The notes under the pieces were generated by a model, which made no database searches, was not told where the DNA came from, and saw nothing but the letters and a program-made list of their open reading frames with translations. This document shows positions 39,699 to 49,237 of a stretch of DNA of 64,000 nucleotides, piece by piece. Every line of letters begins with the position of its first letter. Within the stretch, counting starts at the first letter, position 1. The position numbers and the translations under genes were made by a program. The DNA is from a bacterium. GTDB taxonomy: Bacteria > Hinthialibacterota > Hinthialibacteria > Hinthialibacterales > Hinthialibacteraceae. The DNA lies in NCBI GenBank assembly GCA_963662285.2, contig CAXXMV010000002.1, positions 1,760,001-1,824,000 of the forward strand, in the 5' to 3' direction.

Positions 39699-41138
39699 TT
39701 ACTGTTTTGTCACCACCACCGCGAAATATCCCTCTTTAGCAGGAGCAATAGTCAGTTTCTCTTTAGCCTGAATTATCTTATCAGAAGTCCATTTTGAGGA
39801 GAGTATATCCAGTTGTTGGATGCGGTAGTTTGACTGTTCGGCATTCAGTTTTAAGTCAACTGATCCACCATTAGGGAAAAACAGGGCGTATTGTTTTTCT
39901 TGGTTGTGGGTAAGAAAGGCTTCATTCTCTTGGCGCTCTGCGAGCAGCTGGCTTTTTGCATCAGGCGTACATTTTTCAATATCAATCTGCTCCAGCAGCA
40001 TTCTCATACTCTTGATATGGGCTTGCGCCGTCTCGCTTAATCCCAGGCCGCTGTCAGGGCGGTGAAAACGGGTGGCAGCCATGCCGCCGATAATGTTGCG
40101 CCAGAATCTTTCCTGACCATCACGGCTGTTTCCAAATCGCCCGGTATCGGCGCCATAAATTTTAACCGTGTTCAAAGGGCGGATAGCTTTGGATATATAA
40201 TCGCGCACCCACTGGATGTTATCCCAATGGACGTCTTTTTTATTATGATTATTCTGCGATACGTCGATAAAATCATAGATGCCGGGATTGTTATATACCA
40301 CATGATGGTCTTCTGATTTGATATCCCAGGCGTCAAACATGTCGGTGACCATGACTTCTACATTGGCCGCCTTTGCTTCTTTACGGATGAAATCCATCCA
40401 ATATTGTCCCCATACCGGGGGAGCGTTGGTTTCGTTGTTCATGCAATAGAGGACGTTGTCATATTTCAGAGAATATGACAACATTTTTCGCACTTGGGCT
40501 TCCTGGAATTTCCGGAAAACATCATATTTAGGATCATACTGTTTCATGCCCGGCGCTGAATAGAAGAAATGCTGCTTGTTTTGCCCAGGATGATCCCTGT
40601 ATTCTTTGGCGAATCCGGATTGCTCATAGGTGTAATTGATATTGTTTTTGGGATTATAAGGATGAATTTGCCAACGGTTTGCATTGCCGACGCCGGAATA
40701 ATCGAAACGGTCCCATACCTCGATCTGTACAATGATGCCGCGTTCTTTAGTCAATTGCAGCATGTTTTTGAAACGCGACCAATATTCAGGATTCCACTTG
40801 CTTAGATCGTATTTACCATTCTTTAACTGTTTGAACGCATAAACTTCAAAGCCCTTATCTTTCCGGTCCGACATGGTGTTGCGGATATAATTGCCGCCCA
40901 CAGAGGCCAGCAGATCAAGATGTTCTTTCAGGTTAGGCCATTGAAATGGATTGTCATCATCCGTGCCGCCCAGCAGTATGGTCAATTGATTATTGTATTG
41001 CCAATAGCGTGGATTCTCCGCATAAGGCTTAATTGCATTATCACCGGCTGACGCCTGATTAGTTATAACAAATGATGAAGCGCAAACTAAAGTAAACGCC
41101 ATGAACAGGAAACTAAATAATGAACAATGTTTTTTCAT
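39699..41138 (-). CDS. Secreted TIM-barrel glycoside-hydrolase-like protein (DUF6298-like)
   Basis: Signal peptide MKKHCSLF..QASA; PYAENPRYWQY, GGNYIRNTMS, VQIEVWDRFD, YCMNNE, RPLNTVKIYG. Confidence 0.7.
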   Translation of the reverse strand: MKKHCSLFSFLFMAFTLVCASSFVITNQASAGDNAIKPYAENPRYWQYNNQLTILLGGTDDDNPFQWPNLKEHLDLLASVGGNYIRNTMSDRKDKGFEVYAFKQLKNGKYDLSKWNPEYWSRFKNMLQLTKERGIIVQIEVWDRFDYSGVGNANRWQIHPYNPKNNINYTYEQSGFAKEYRDHPGQNKQHFFYSAPGMKQYDPKYDVFRKFQEAQVRKMLSYSLKYDNVLYCMNNETNAPPVWGQYWMDFIRKEAKAANVEVMVTDMFDAWDIKSEDHHVVYNNPGIYDFIDVSQNNHNKKDVHWDNIQWVRDYISKAIRPLNTVKIYGADTGRFGNSRDGQERFWRNIIGGMAATRFHRPDSGLGLSETAQAHIKSMRMLLEQIDIEKCTPDAKSQLLAERQENEAFLTHNQEKQYALFFPNGGSVDLKLNAEQSNYRIQQLDILSSKWTSDKIIQAKEKLTIAPAKEGYFAVVVTKQ

Positions 41139-41310
41139 GATTATCCCCATTTTTTGTTTTGAAAATCCTTCTATGCTGACTAATGATATATCATAACTTT
41201 TTTGATTATAGTAGTCTTGCAGCGCTGTAATTGGATGCCGATGATTCGTGAAGTTCATAATGATAAGATGATGTTGCCAGGGAGATTGTGGAGTGAATTC
41301 AGTGGTGTTT

Positions 41311-41344
41311 GGTGGGCTACGCTTCACTTTTAGCCCACCCTGCC
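41311..41344 (-). repeat. REP-like family D (GG[TC]AGGGTGGGCTAAAAG.GAAGCGTAGCCCACC)
   Basis: Reverse complement of 45115-45148; supplies the last codons and the stop of ORF 41330..41557. Confidence 0.8.
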
Positions 41345-41557
41345 TTTTTCTTTATGTGCATTAATGATATTTGTCAGCAAGTCATGATCTGATACCCACA
41401 AAGAATATTCCTTCAAAGTCATCCCCAAAAAATCATGAAGCGGTTTTGATGAATCACTCTCATGCCAGGAATCGATGTAGTCATCAATATCCTCAAGTAA
41501 AGTTTTACCTTGTAGGCATAATTCTATAAAATTATTAGAATGGTCATTAAACATCAT
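41330..41557 (-). CDS. Small acidic hypothetical protein
   Basis: Begins right after the rsbW-like stop; IDDYIDSWH..LHDFLGMT..EY.LW looks like a real small-protein family. Confidence 0.7.
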   Translation of the reverse strand: MMFNDHSNNFIELCLQGKTLLEDIDDYIDSWHESDSSKPLHDFLGMTLKEYSLWVSDHDLLTNIINAHKEKGRVG

Positions 41558-41559
41558 TC

Positions 41560-42012
41560 TCAGCTGCTGGTTAAATACTTAGTAAGAATAAGTTTATTGC
41601 CGATCTCTGGTTCGTGGCTGTAATGCACTTCATCCATGAAGGTTTTTATTATTTGCAGACCGTATCCGCCTCTTTGGGTTCGGTCGGTGCGCTCGTGGAA
41701 CGGGTTGGCTTTATGGTAATGTTCTGAGAAATCATTGCCGCAATCGGCGATGACCATCTTTAGATACTTATCGTGGATGGATATTTCCAGGCGCAGTTTG
41801 GCGCTGGCTGCTTCGCCCTCTTTTGCTTGCACAGCCAAAATAGAATTAGAGCAGGCTTCGTCAACCGACATCTCTAACTGAAGTATATCTTTTTCAGTAA
41901 AACCCATAGTGGTGGATATAGAGTTGATGATCTTACGGATAATAACCAGTTGAGACAGGCGAGGAGTGATTTCAATAGTTATATCAGGATGAAAATCAGT
42001 TGGATGATTCAT
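41560..42012 (-). CDS. Anti-sigma factor / Ser kinase (RsbW-like, HATPase_c_2)
   Basis: LEMSVDEACSN, IADCG, RGGYGLQIIKTFMDEV, GNKLILTK. Confidence 0.88.
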   Translation of the reverse strand: MNHPTDFHPDITIEITPRLSQLVIIRKIINSISTTMGFTEKDILQLEMSVDEACSNSILAVQAKEGEAASAKLRLEISIHDKYLKMVIADCGNDFSEHYHKANPFHERTDRTQRGGYGLQIIKTFMDEVHYSHEPEIGNKLILTKYLTSS

Positions 42013-42029
42013 GTCGTTGTCCTTCCTGA

Positions 42030-43289
42030 TCAGGCGCTTGGTTTTTCTCTCTCCAAAGCCAGTAGGGTTACATCGTCATCAAATCGATTACTGCCAGTCC
42101 ATTGGGCCGTGTTAAGTAATGCGGTTTGAAGCGAATCGTGCAATGAGTAAGGATATGTCTCCCGCATTGCGGATGCCAATCGTTCATAACCGAATTCTTC
42201 ATGATTTTTCATTGCTTCAGTGATTCCATCTGAATAAAGGATAAACCGGTCGCCCGGTTCAAGCGTCAAGCGGCCGATCTCCAGATGTTTTCCGTTTGAT
42301 AGCAGTTTACAGATGCAAGCGCCGCCCGGCTCATGTAAATAGGTGGAATGATTTTCAGATTTAACCACCAGAGGAGGTTCGTGCCCGGCTCTTACCCAGC
42401 TGACGCTGAAATCTTCTGTATTGAGTATTGCATAAAGCATAGTGCAGAACTTGCTGGGGTCTTCGGGAAACCGGTGGTTCAACATACGCACTACTTTACG
42501 GGGATCGAAGAATTCACCTGAGACCGCTCCCCTCCCGGCTTCATCGTCCAATGCTTCCTGGGTAATGGGAGATGGATCGAGTATACGACTAAGCGAGACG
42601 GATAGCAGGGCGGCGGGAACTCCATGACCCGATATATCCAGGATGTAGAAGGCCCACTTTTTTTCATCAAGCCGAAATACGTTGAGCAGGTCGCCTCCAA
42701 CATATTCAGAAGGTTCAAAAAGCCAGGCAAAATTGAAATCGGGAATCTCAGGAGACTTTTTCGGGATGAAGCCTCTTTGAACTTTGGAGGCGGCGATCAG
42801 ATCATGCTTCATGCGGTTATTGGCGTTCTTGAGCTCTTCTTCGGCTTTTTTGCGCTTTGTAATATCCCAAAAAATGCCCTGCATACCGATGATTGTTCCT
42901 TCGGCGTCGTGAATGGGTGTTTTGACGACGTGGACGTACTTGGTTTCATGATTAGAGACTTTATTGGCTTCTATATCTTCGAGGGTTTCATTTTTAGAAA
43001 TTACCCGGTGATCATCATCAACGTATTTCTGCGCAAGATCCCTGGGGAAAAAATCAAAATCAGTTTTACCGATTATTTCTTCAAAAGGTTTCTCCAGCAG
43101 ATTGCAAAAACGTTGATTAACGAAGGTGAAGCGTCCTTCAATATCTTTACAGAAAATAAACTGGGGAATATTTTCAACCAGCGAATAATAAAACGCTTCG
43201 GAATGTTTAAGCGATTCCATCTGTGCGCTGGGAATGATTCTATCCGCCGTATGAGCATTTTTTATATTAAGATCGTCCATGATAACCAT
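42030..43289 (-). CDS. PAS-domain SpoIIE/PP2C phosphatase (RsbU/RsbP-like)
   Basis: PAS (IFCKDIEGRFTFVN..IIGKTDFDFF..DITKRK); VGGD, DISGHG, AGHEP, YSDGITE, DDVT. Confidence 0.92.
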   Translation of the reverse strand: MVIMDDLNIKNAHTADRIIPSAQMESLKHSEAFYYSLVENIPQFIFCKDIEGRFTFVNQRFCNLLEKPFEEIIGKTDFDFFPRDLAQKYVDDDHRVISKNETLEDIEANKVSNHETKYVHVVKTPIHDAEGTIIGMQGIFWDITKRKKAEEELKNANNRMKHDLIAASKVQRGFIPKKSPEIPDFNFAWLFEPSEYVGGDLLNVFRLDEKKWAFYILDISGHGVPAALLSVSLSRILDPSPITQEALDDEAGRGAVSGEFFDPRKVVRMLNHRFPEDPSKFCTMLYAILNTEDFSVSWVRAGHEPPLVVKSENHSTYLHEPGGACICKLLSNGKHLEIGRLTLEPGDRFILYSDGITEAMKNHEEFGYERLASAMRETYPYSLHDSLQTALLNTAQWTGSNRFDDDVTLLALEREKPSA

Positions 43290-43406
43290 CCTCGGAACGT
43301 ATTATGATTTATCGATATTGTTATTTTTCTATTTATAGATAGATTCTACCATAATATAGGATTTTAAGTAAGAAAAAAAATAAGGATTCAAAATGGGGCG
43401 CGATAA

Positions 43407-43670
43407 TTATTTATAAAAATAAATAATTATCGTAGAAAGACAGCCAAGGAAAATAAATACCGATGAGAATATTGCTATAGCAGTAATATTTCCAGATGGT
43501 AGGACAATCAATCCATGCAGTATGGCGCTTATGAACCAGACTAGAAAATTGCTGGCGCACATACTGAATCGCATTCTCTTTCTAAGAAAAATATAAAGAG
43601 GAAAGAAAAGATACTTCCTGGGGGGATAATTATGCATTATTCGTTTGATGTTCATATTATCAAGAGTCAA
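43407..43670 (-). CDS. Small hydrophobic hypothetical membrane protein
   Basis: Starts just after the folC stop; two hydrophobic segments; no recognisable family. Confidence 0.35.
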   Translation of the reverse strand: MTLDNMNIKRIMHNYPPRKYLFFPLYIFLRKRMRFSMCASNFLVWFISAILHGLIVLPSGNITAIAIFSSVFIFLGCLSTIIIYFYK

Positions 43671-43675
43671 TCAAC

Positions 43676-45043
43676 TTAATTCAATCTCATTATTGTTCGG
43701 ATTTCTCCTGCCAGATAGAGTGAACCTGCGATGCAGATCACGTCTCTTGGTGATGCCAGTGATTCAGCTTTATCGAGTGCATCGGATGGTTGCTCGATCA
43801 AGTGGAGTTCAATTATGGTTGAACCATGCATGTTATTATGAATATTCAACTTACGGAATTCTTCTTCCAGATTATTAAGGGGAACGCCTCTGGGGCTGGG
43901 CGCTCTAGTAAGGATCACTCTATCATCCGGTCGGATCAGATTATTTAGCATCTCCTTGATTTTCTTGCCCTTAAGAAATCCTAGAACCAAAATACGCCGC
44001 TGATTGGGGAACAACTCATCCAATGATGTCCGCAAAGATAGGGCGCCTTTGGCGGTATGGGCTACATCGATTATAGTCAGCGCTCTATCCTGCCGCTTGA
44101 TAATTTCAAAACGCCCCGGCCAATGTACTTTTTTTAGGCCTTTATCCAAAGCAGTCGCCGATAAAGGCGCTATTATTTCATCTCGCGTAAGAGCATCAAT
44201 GGCCGCAACTGTCGTGATGGTGTTCTCCAGCTGGTAATGACCGAATAGTGGAATGCATACGCTGCGCAATGTTGAAGGACTCTGTTGAGTTGTTATATCA
44301 AGAGTTCGATATTTTCTGCCGTTTTTATGCGACTTGATTTGATATTGACTGTTGGTATAAACCACTGGCGCCAAGTGATTTTTTAAGCGCTTTTGGAAAT
44401 GGGGAAGCAGCGCCTTGTCCTGGTTTCCAATGATTACCGGAACCGTGGGACGGGTGATGCCCAATTTTTCATCGGCGATGGCTTCCAGCGAATCGCCTAA
44501 TTGTTCAGTATGTTCCAACGATATATGGGTAATGACGTTCAGAATGGGATTCATTACATTGGTGGTATCCAGCCTCCCGCCCAGTCCGGTCTCGATTACG
44601 CCGAAATCGATTTTCTCATGCTGGAAATAAAGAAAAGCCATAGCGGTTATCATTTCAAAGAAGGTGACGAACCCGGTCGGCAGAAGTGGTCGTTGGCCAT
44701 TGATTTTACGTAGATGTTTAACCCAATGAGCGAAGTCTTTTTCTGGTATCCATTGATTATTGATGGTGATGCGCTCGCGGATGTTTTGCAGGTGAGGTGA
44801 AGAAAACACCCCTACGCGGTATCCCCGGCTTTGTAAAACCGAAGAGATCATGGCGCAGACTGAGCCTTTTCCATCACTTCCCGCAACATGAATAGGTTTG
44901 AATCCAAATTGAGGATCGCCCAGTTCTTTCAACAAGTCTTTGAAACGGTCAAGGTTCAGTGTTTTGTTGGAGTATGTCCAATTGGTCTTCCGTTCATAAG
45001 ATATGAACGAATCGAGATATTTGATCGCGTCTTGATAGGTCAT
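43676..45043 (-). CDS. folC: Folylpolyglutamate synthase / dihydrofolate synthase
   Basis: IHVAGSDGKGS, FSSPHL..RERI, TFFE, ETGLGGRLDTTN, WPGRFE, IDVAHT, AGSLYLAGE. Confidence 0.93.
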   Translation of the reverse strand: MTYQDAIKYLDSFISYERKTNWTYSNKTLNLDRFKDLLKELGDPQFGFKPIHVAGSDGKGSVCAMISSVLQSRGYRVGVFSSPHLQNIRERITINNQWIPEKDFAHWVKHLRKINGQRPLLPTGFVTFFEMITAMAFLYFQHEKIDFGVIETGLGGRLDTTNVMNPILNVITHISLEHTEQLGDSLEAIADEKLGITRPTVPVIIGNQDKALLPHFQKRLKNHLAPVVYTNSQYQIKSHKNGRKYRTLDITTQQSPSTLRSVCIPLFGHYQLENTITTVAAIDALTRDEIIAPLSATALDKGLKKVHWPGRFEIIKRQDRALTIIDVAHTAKGALSLRTSLDELFPNQRRILVLGFLKGKKIKEMLNNLIRPDDRVILTRAPSPRGVPLNNLEEEFRKLNIHNNMHGSTIIELHLIEQPSDALDKAESLASPRDVICIAGSLYLAGEIRTIMRLN

Positions 45044-45074
45044 TATGATATATAGAGGTTAGATAATCATTCCC

Positions 45075-45148
45075 GTATGGTGGGCTACCACCAGGTATGG
45101 TGGGCTATCCACCAGGTAGGGTGGGCTAAAAGCGAAGCGTAGCCCACC
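45075..45148 (+). repeat. Family D REP preceded by two tandem partial copies
   Basis: gtatggtgggctaccaccag / gtatggtgggctatccaccag / gtagggtgggctaaaagcgaagcgtagcccacc. Confidence 0.85.
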
Positions 45149-45175
45149 ACAAGCCACCTATGATGATACCCCCGC

Positions 45176-46210
45176 CTAAATAATCTTTTCCTGTTTCAAA
45201 TATGCACGTAATTCTTCTTTGGATAGCGTGTTGGAACTGGTTACGTATCCATCGAAACTATCCAGTTTTTGCAGTTTATATTCTTCATGGCGGTGCGCGG
45301 GTGCGATAACGGCCAGTTCATCATCTACGGTGTATGTTCTGGGCAGTTCGTTGGGGGCGACCAAGTCTTCGTCCAGTTTTTCACCCGGTTCGGCGCCGGT
45401 GATTTTGATCTTGATTTCAGCGGGGTTCCGGCCGTATGTAGGCGCCAGTTCTTCAATAAGGATTTCGGCTAGATCGCGGATATGGGCTGATTTCATGCGT
45501 AAAATATAAATCTCTCCGCCGGTTGCATGGGCGGCGGATTTTAATACTAAACTTACGGCGTTGGGTATGGACATAAAGAAGCGCCGCATATTTGGATCAG
45601 TCAGGGTAACAGGGCCGCCGTCTTTGATCTGCTCGCGCCACAGCGGGATAACTGAACCGCGTGAATCGAGCACATTGCCGAACCTTACCGAGGATAATGT
45701 TTTATGGGGAATTCGCCGATAAAAAGAAGCCCAGGTGACCAGGCGCTCAGCCAGCAATTTGGTTGCGCCCATGGTCGAAGTTACGTTGACCGCCTTGTCG
45801 GTGCTGATAGAGACCACCCGCTCGACGGTATTGCTTTCCAGCGTGGCGGTTATGATGTTCTGGGTGCCCAGCACATTGGTTTTAACTGCTTCGAGGGGAT
45901 CGTATTCGGTGGCTTCCACCCGTTTGAGAGCTGCTGTATGAAACACAATATGCACGCCTTCAAAGGCCCGTGACAAGCGTTCGTAATCGCGTACGTCTCC
46001 CAGCAGATAGCGGATGAAATCGTATTCTCTGAATTTATAACGCAGAAGGGATTGTTTATATTCATCCCGGCTCAGGATTCTGATAATCTTGGGTTTGAGC
46101 GGAATCAGCTGATTGACGATCTCGCTGCCAATCGTCCCGGTTCCGCCGGTGACTAGAACGGTTTTACCTTCGACCAGACTCCGCAGTTTATCCTGAGTAG
46201 GCTTCTCCAC
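45176..46210 (-). CDS. Polysaccharide biosynthesis NDP-sugar 4,6-dehydratase (CapD/PseB-like SDR)
   Basis: VLVTGGTGTIG, SRDE, GDVRD, FHTAALK.V, STDKAV..MGATK, VRFGNVLDSRGSV, GEKLDE; probable GTG start at 46210, inside tatC. Confidence 0.9.
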   Translation of the reverse strand: MEKPTQDKLRSLVEGKTVLVTGGTGTIGSEIVNQLIPLKPKIIRILSRDEYKQSLLRYKFREYDFIRYLLGDVRDYERLSRAFEGVHIVFHTAALKRVEATEYDPLEAVKTNVLGTQNIITATLESNTVERVVSISTDKAVNVTSTMGATKLLAERLVTWASFYRRIPHKTLSSVRFGNVLDSRGSVIPLWREQIKDGGPVTLTDPNMRRFFMSIPNAVSLVLKSAAHATGGEIYILRMKSAHIRDLAEILIEELAPTYGRNPAEIKIKITGAEPGEKLDEDLVAPNELPRTYTVDDELAVIAPAHRHEEYKLQKLDSFDGYVTSSNTLSKEELRAYLKQEKII

Positions 46211-47318
46211 TTTCTGTTTTCCTTCCACGTTCGATGACTCTAACAATCAGAATAGATATTTCGTACAGCATATACATGGGCAGGGCGCATGTAATCTGTG
46301 AAATTGGGTCAGGCGGCGTAATCAGCGCCGATAGAGAAAACATTATGACGATAGCATAGGGACGGAACTTTGATAGTCCACTTGCTGTAACGATGCCTAT
46401 TTTGGCCAGCAGGGTAAAGACTACCGGCTCTTCAAAGATCAAGCCGAAGGCCAGCATGAAACGGGTGGTGGTGGAGATGTAACTGCTTAGAGACCATATA
46501 GTTTGCACTGATTCCGGCGTAAACAGAACCAGGAACTGGAGGATAAAACTATAAATAATGAAGTAACAGAAACATCCTCCCAGTATAAAGCAGAACCATG
46601 CTGAAATTATCAAAGGAAAGACAATCTTCTTCTCTCTTTTATATAAACCGGGGGCGATAAACATCCACGCTTCATAGAATAAAAATGGAAATGCCAGAAA
46701 GATGCCTGCGATCAGTGATATCTTCACATAAGCTAATACGCCTTCAAATGGAGAAAGAGCTGAAAGTTGAACGTTCATTCTTCTTTTTGGTTCAATTTCA
46801 GTGGAAGCGGCTAACTTTTCATTATCTTGGTCAACAGGTGTTGCTGCGGCAATAATATTGCCGGTGGCCGAGTGTATTGTATCCGTGGCGCTGCCTGGAC
46901 TTGCTGTGCTGGATGGATTCCAGAAACTTAGATTCCAGAAATGGGCAATCTCTTCTGCTTGAGCTTTTTTGTCGGTGGGAAGAGGTTTCACCAGAATATT
47001 TAGGATAGTATCTGAAAAGGTGAAGCAGATGACGACGCAAACGGCGAAAGAGACCAGTGCGCGGATCAATCTCTCGCGCAGCTCGCCTAAATGTTCCAAA
47101 AATGTCATCGAACCGCCCAAGCCTTCTTCGCCGCTCAGGCCATTTTCAAAGAGCGAGTCTCTTCTAGATTTTTCTTTAGATTTGCCTGTCGATTCGTCTA
47201 CCGTTTCATCAGTGGATTCGTCAGTTGATTCATCTACTGTTTTATCAGTTGATTCGTCAGTTGATTCATCAATGTCATTTATATCTTCGTTTTTGTTGGC
47301 GTCTTTATCTTGAGTCAT
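46188..47318 (-). CDS. tatC: Twin-arginine translocase subunit TatC with acidic repetitive N-terminal extension
   Basis: MTFLEHLGELRERL, WMFIAPGLY..EK, AFGLIFEEP, ITPPDPISQ, LYEISI; DEST repeats at the N-terminus. Confidence 0.95.
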   Translation of the reverse strand: MTQDKDANKNEDINDIDESTDESTDKTVDESTDESTDETVDESTGKSKEKSRRDSLFENGLSGEEGLGGSMTFLEHLGELRERLIRALVSFAVCVVICFTFSDTILNILVKPLPTDKKAQAEEIAHFWNLSFWNPSSTASPGSATDTIHSATGNIIAAATPVDQDNEKLAASTEIEPKRRMNVQLSALSPFEGVLAYVKISLIAGIFLAFPFLFYEAWMFIAPGLYKREKKIVFPLIISAWFCFILGGCFCYFIIYSFILQFLVLFTPESVQTIWSLSSYISTTTRFMLAFGLIFEEPVVFTLLAKIGIVTASGLSKFRPYAIVIMFSLSALITPPDPISQITCALPMYMLYEISILIVRVIERGRKTESGEAYSG

Positions 47319-47383
47319 TTTATTATTAGTCCAAATTTATCAATATGTTATTATCATGTATAAAATGTAAGATGCGAGAGAGG

Positions 47384-47851
47384 TCAGTCGGTCATTTCAC
47401 GCACGAAACGTTGTGCGTCTTCTACTTTATCGGGATCATCTATCGGCTTTTGGTTAGCATTGGTTGATGACGCAGCCTCATTTGATGAATGGGCCTCTTC
47501 TTCGCTGGAATAACCATACTCATCCTGGTTTTCGCCATATTCCGAATAATCGCTGGAGTTACTGCCGCCCTCTGCCGCATCCGTATCTTCATTACCAGTA
47601 TTATAGGGATCATGCTGGTATTCAGGATCACCATAAGTATCATCGCTGGTATAGGAACTGGTCTTGGAACTGGGTTTATCCCATTCGCTCATATCCAGCT
47701 GTCGTTGCAACTCGTTGCTGGCTTCCCGGAACATCTTCATCGCTTTGGCTATATACCGCGCTAATTCGGGCAGCCGGTTGGGTCCGAAAACGATCAAAGC
47801 CACTCCAAGAACAACTACTAATTCAGCGGGTCCAATACCTAAAAAATTCAT
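47384..47851 (-). CDS. tatB: TatA/TatB family translocase subunit with long acidic tail
   Basis: IGPAELVVVLGVALIVFGPNRLPELAR..FR; directly upstream of tatC. Confidence 0.85.
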   Translation of the reverse strand: MNFLGIGPAELVVVLGVALIVFGPNRLPELARYIAKAMKMFREASNELQRQLDMSEWDKPSSKTSSYTSDDTYGDPEYQHDPYNTGNEDTDAAEGGSNSSDYSEYGENQDEYGYSSEEEAHSSNEAASSTNANQKPIDDPDKVEDAQRFVREMTD

Positions 47852-48152
47852 AAGCGGTTTTCTCTTAATTAAGACATTAAGTCAAGTATTATGTGGGTAG
47901 TCAATAATATGTTCTTTATACATAACGAAGCCGGTTTCACAATAGTTTAGTCGCGAAACGGGCAGGAAAAAGATAATATTCAGACTAACGCTCACAAGCA
48001 GTTTATTATCTAAACGCTGATTGGGCAATGCTTGGCGAATAGAACAAACCTGATCTATGCTCACATTCTGGTTTTTTGGTTCATTTCAGAGTATAACCTA
48101 TATTCTTAATGGTGTTATTATCCTGATAAGTTGTTTAATAAGGAAGATATCA

Positions 48153-49235
48153 ATGACTACTGATTGTTCAGAAAAATCAAATGAGATTTCCGATAGTTAT
48201 CAGAGACTAGCGCTGAAATTAGATCAGTTGCCTAATGGTTTCCCCCGGACTTCTTCAAATATTGAAATCGATATCCTCCAGAAAATCTTCTCTCCTGAAG
48301 ATGCTGAATTGGCCAGCCATCTGACGGGAACCCTGGAAGCGCCTGAATTGATAGCCCAACGGGCGGAATTGCCGGTTAAAAAAGCCACCATTAAATTACT
48401 GAGATTAGCCAAACGGCGCCTGGCCTGGATGGGTGATGATAAAACTAAACCAACTTTCAGATTGGCGCCATTCGTGGTGGGGATATACGAAGCGCAAGTG
48501 GAAAGCCTGGATCACGAACTGGCACACATGATTGAAGACTATATGAACCAGGGCGGCGCTGAAGGCATGATGCGCTATGAACCTGCTTTGCACCGGGTGG
48601 TTCCGGCTCATGGAACCGTCAATCCCGAATGGATTCTGCCCTACGACGACGTGCGCAGCATGTTGCTTAATGCCAAATCATTCAACGTCTGTGACTGCAT
48701 CTGTCGTAAGAAGATGAAATTGCTCGATAAGGGCTGTGATTTCCCCATGAAGAATTGCTTATCATTTTTCGCGCAAGACAATCCACCCCGACCTTCATCA
48801 ATTACCAAAGAAGAGGCGCTCGCCATCCTCGATCAAGCCAAAGAGGCGGGCTTGGTGCATACCGTAAGCAACATCGCCCAAGGCGTCTTTTATCTATGTA
48901 ATTGCTGTGGTTGCTGCTGTGATCTTCTGCTGGGCATTAATCAAAGAGGCATTGCAAAATCAGTAGCCCGCGCCAACTATTCAGCCGCAATAGATCAAGA
49001 GCAATGCGACCAGTGCGGGCTTTGCCGGGAACGCTGCCAGGTAAACGCCATTATAGAGGATGATGTAATGCTGATTGACTCCCTAAAGTGCATCGGCTGT
49101 GGAGTTTGTGTCAGCGCATGTCCCAACCAGGCGATGACTCTTAAACCGATAGCCCAGGCTGACATGGTGCATCCACCAGAAGATTTCGCCGCCTGGGAAC
49201 GGTTGCGTTTGCAAAACCGGGGATTGGTTTCATAA
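48153..49235 (+). CDS. 4Fe-4S dicluster (ferredoxin-domain) protein
   Basis: CICR..GC..NC, GLVH, CNCCGCCC, CDQCGLCRERC and CIGCGVCVSACP. Confidence 0.9.
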   Translation: MTTDCSEKSNEISDSYQRLALKLDQLPNGFPRTSSNIEIDILQKIFSPEDAELASHLTGTLEAPELIAQRAELPVKKATIKLLRLAKRRLAWMGDDKTKPTFRLAPFVVGIYEAQVESLDHELAHMIEDYMNQGGAEGMMRYEPALHRVVPAHGTVNPEWILPYDDVRSMLLNAKSFNVCDCICRKKMKLLDKGCDFPMKNCLSFFAQDNPPRPSSITKEEALAILDQAKEAGLVHTVSNIAQGVFYLCNCCGCCCDLLLGINQRGIAKSVARANYSAAIDQEQCDQCGLCRERCQVNAIIEDDVMLIDSLKCIGCGVCVSACPNQAMTLKPIAQADMVHPPEDFAAWERLRLQNRGLVS

Positions 49236-49237
49236 CG

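Noticed and set aside
42624-43307. 227-aa ORF on the + strand
   Set aside because: Antisense shadow of the PAS-PP2C gene with no recognisable motifs
45075-45148. Short tandem repeats resembling a mini CRISPR array
   Set aside because: Units are 20-21 nt with no unique spacers, they are partial copies of REP family D, and there are no cas genes
47860-48150. Possible structured ncRNA in the divergent tatB / ferredoxin intergenic region
   Set aside because: No recognisable tRNA, SRP, tmRNA or 6S features by eye; an Rfam scan would be needed
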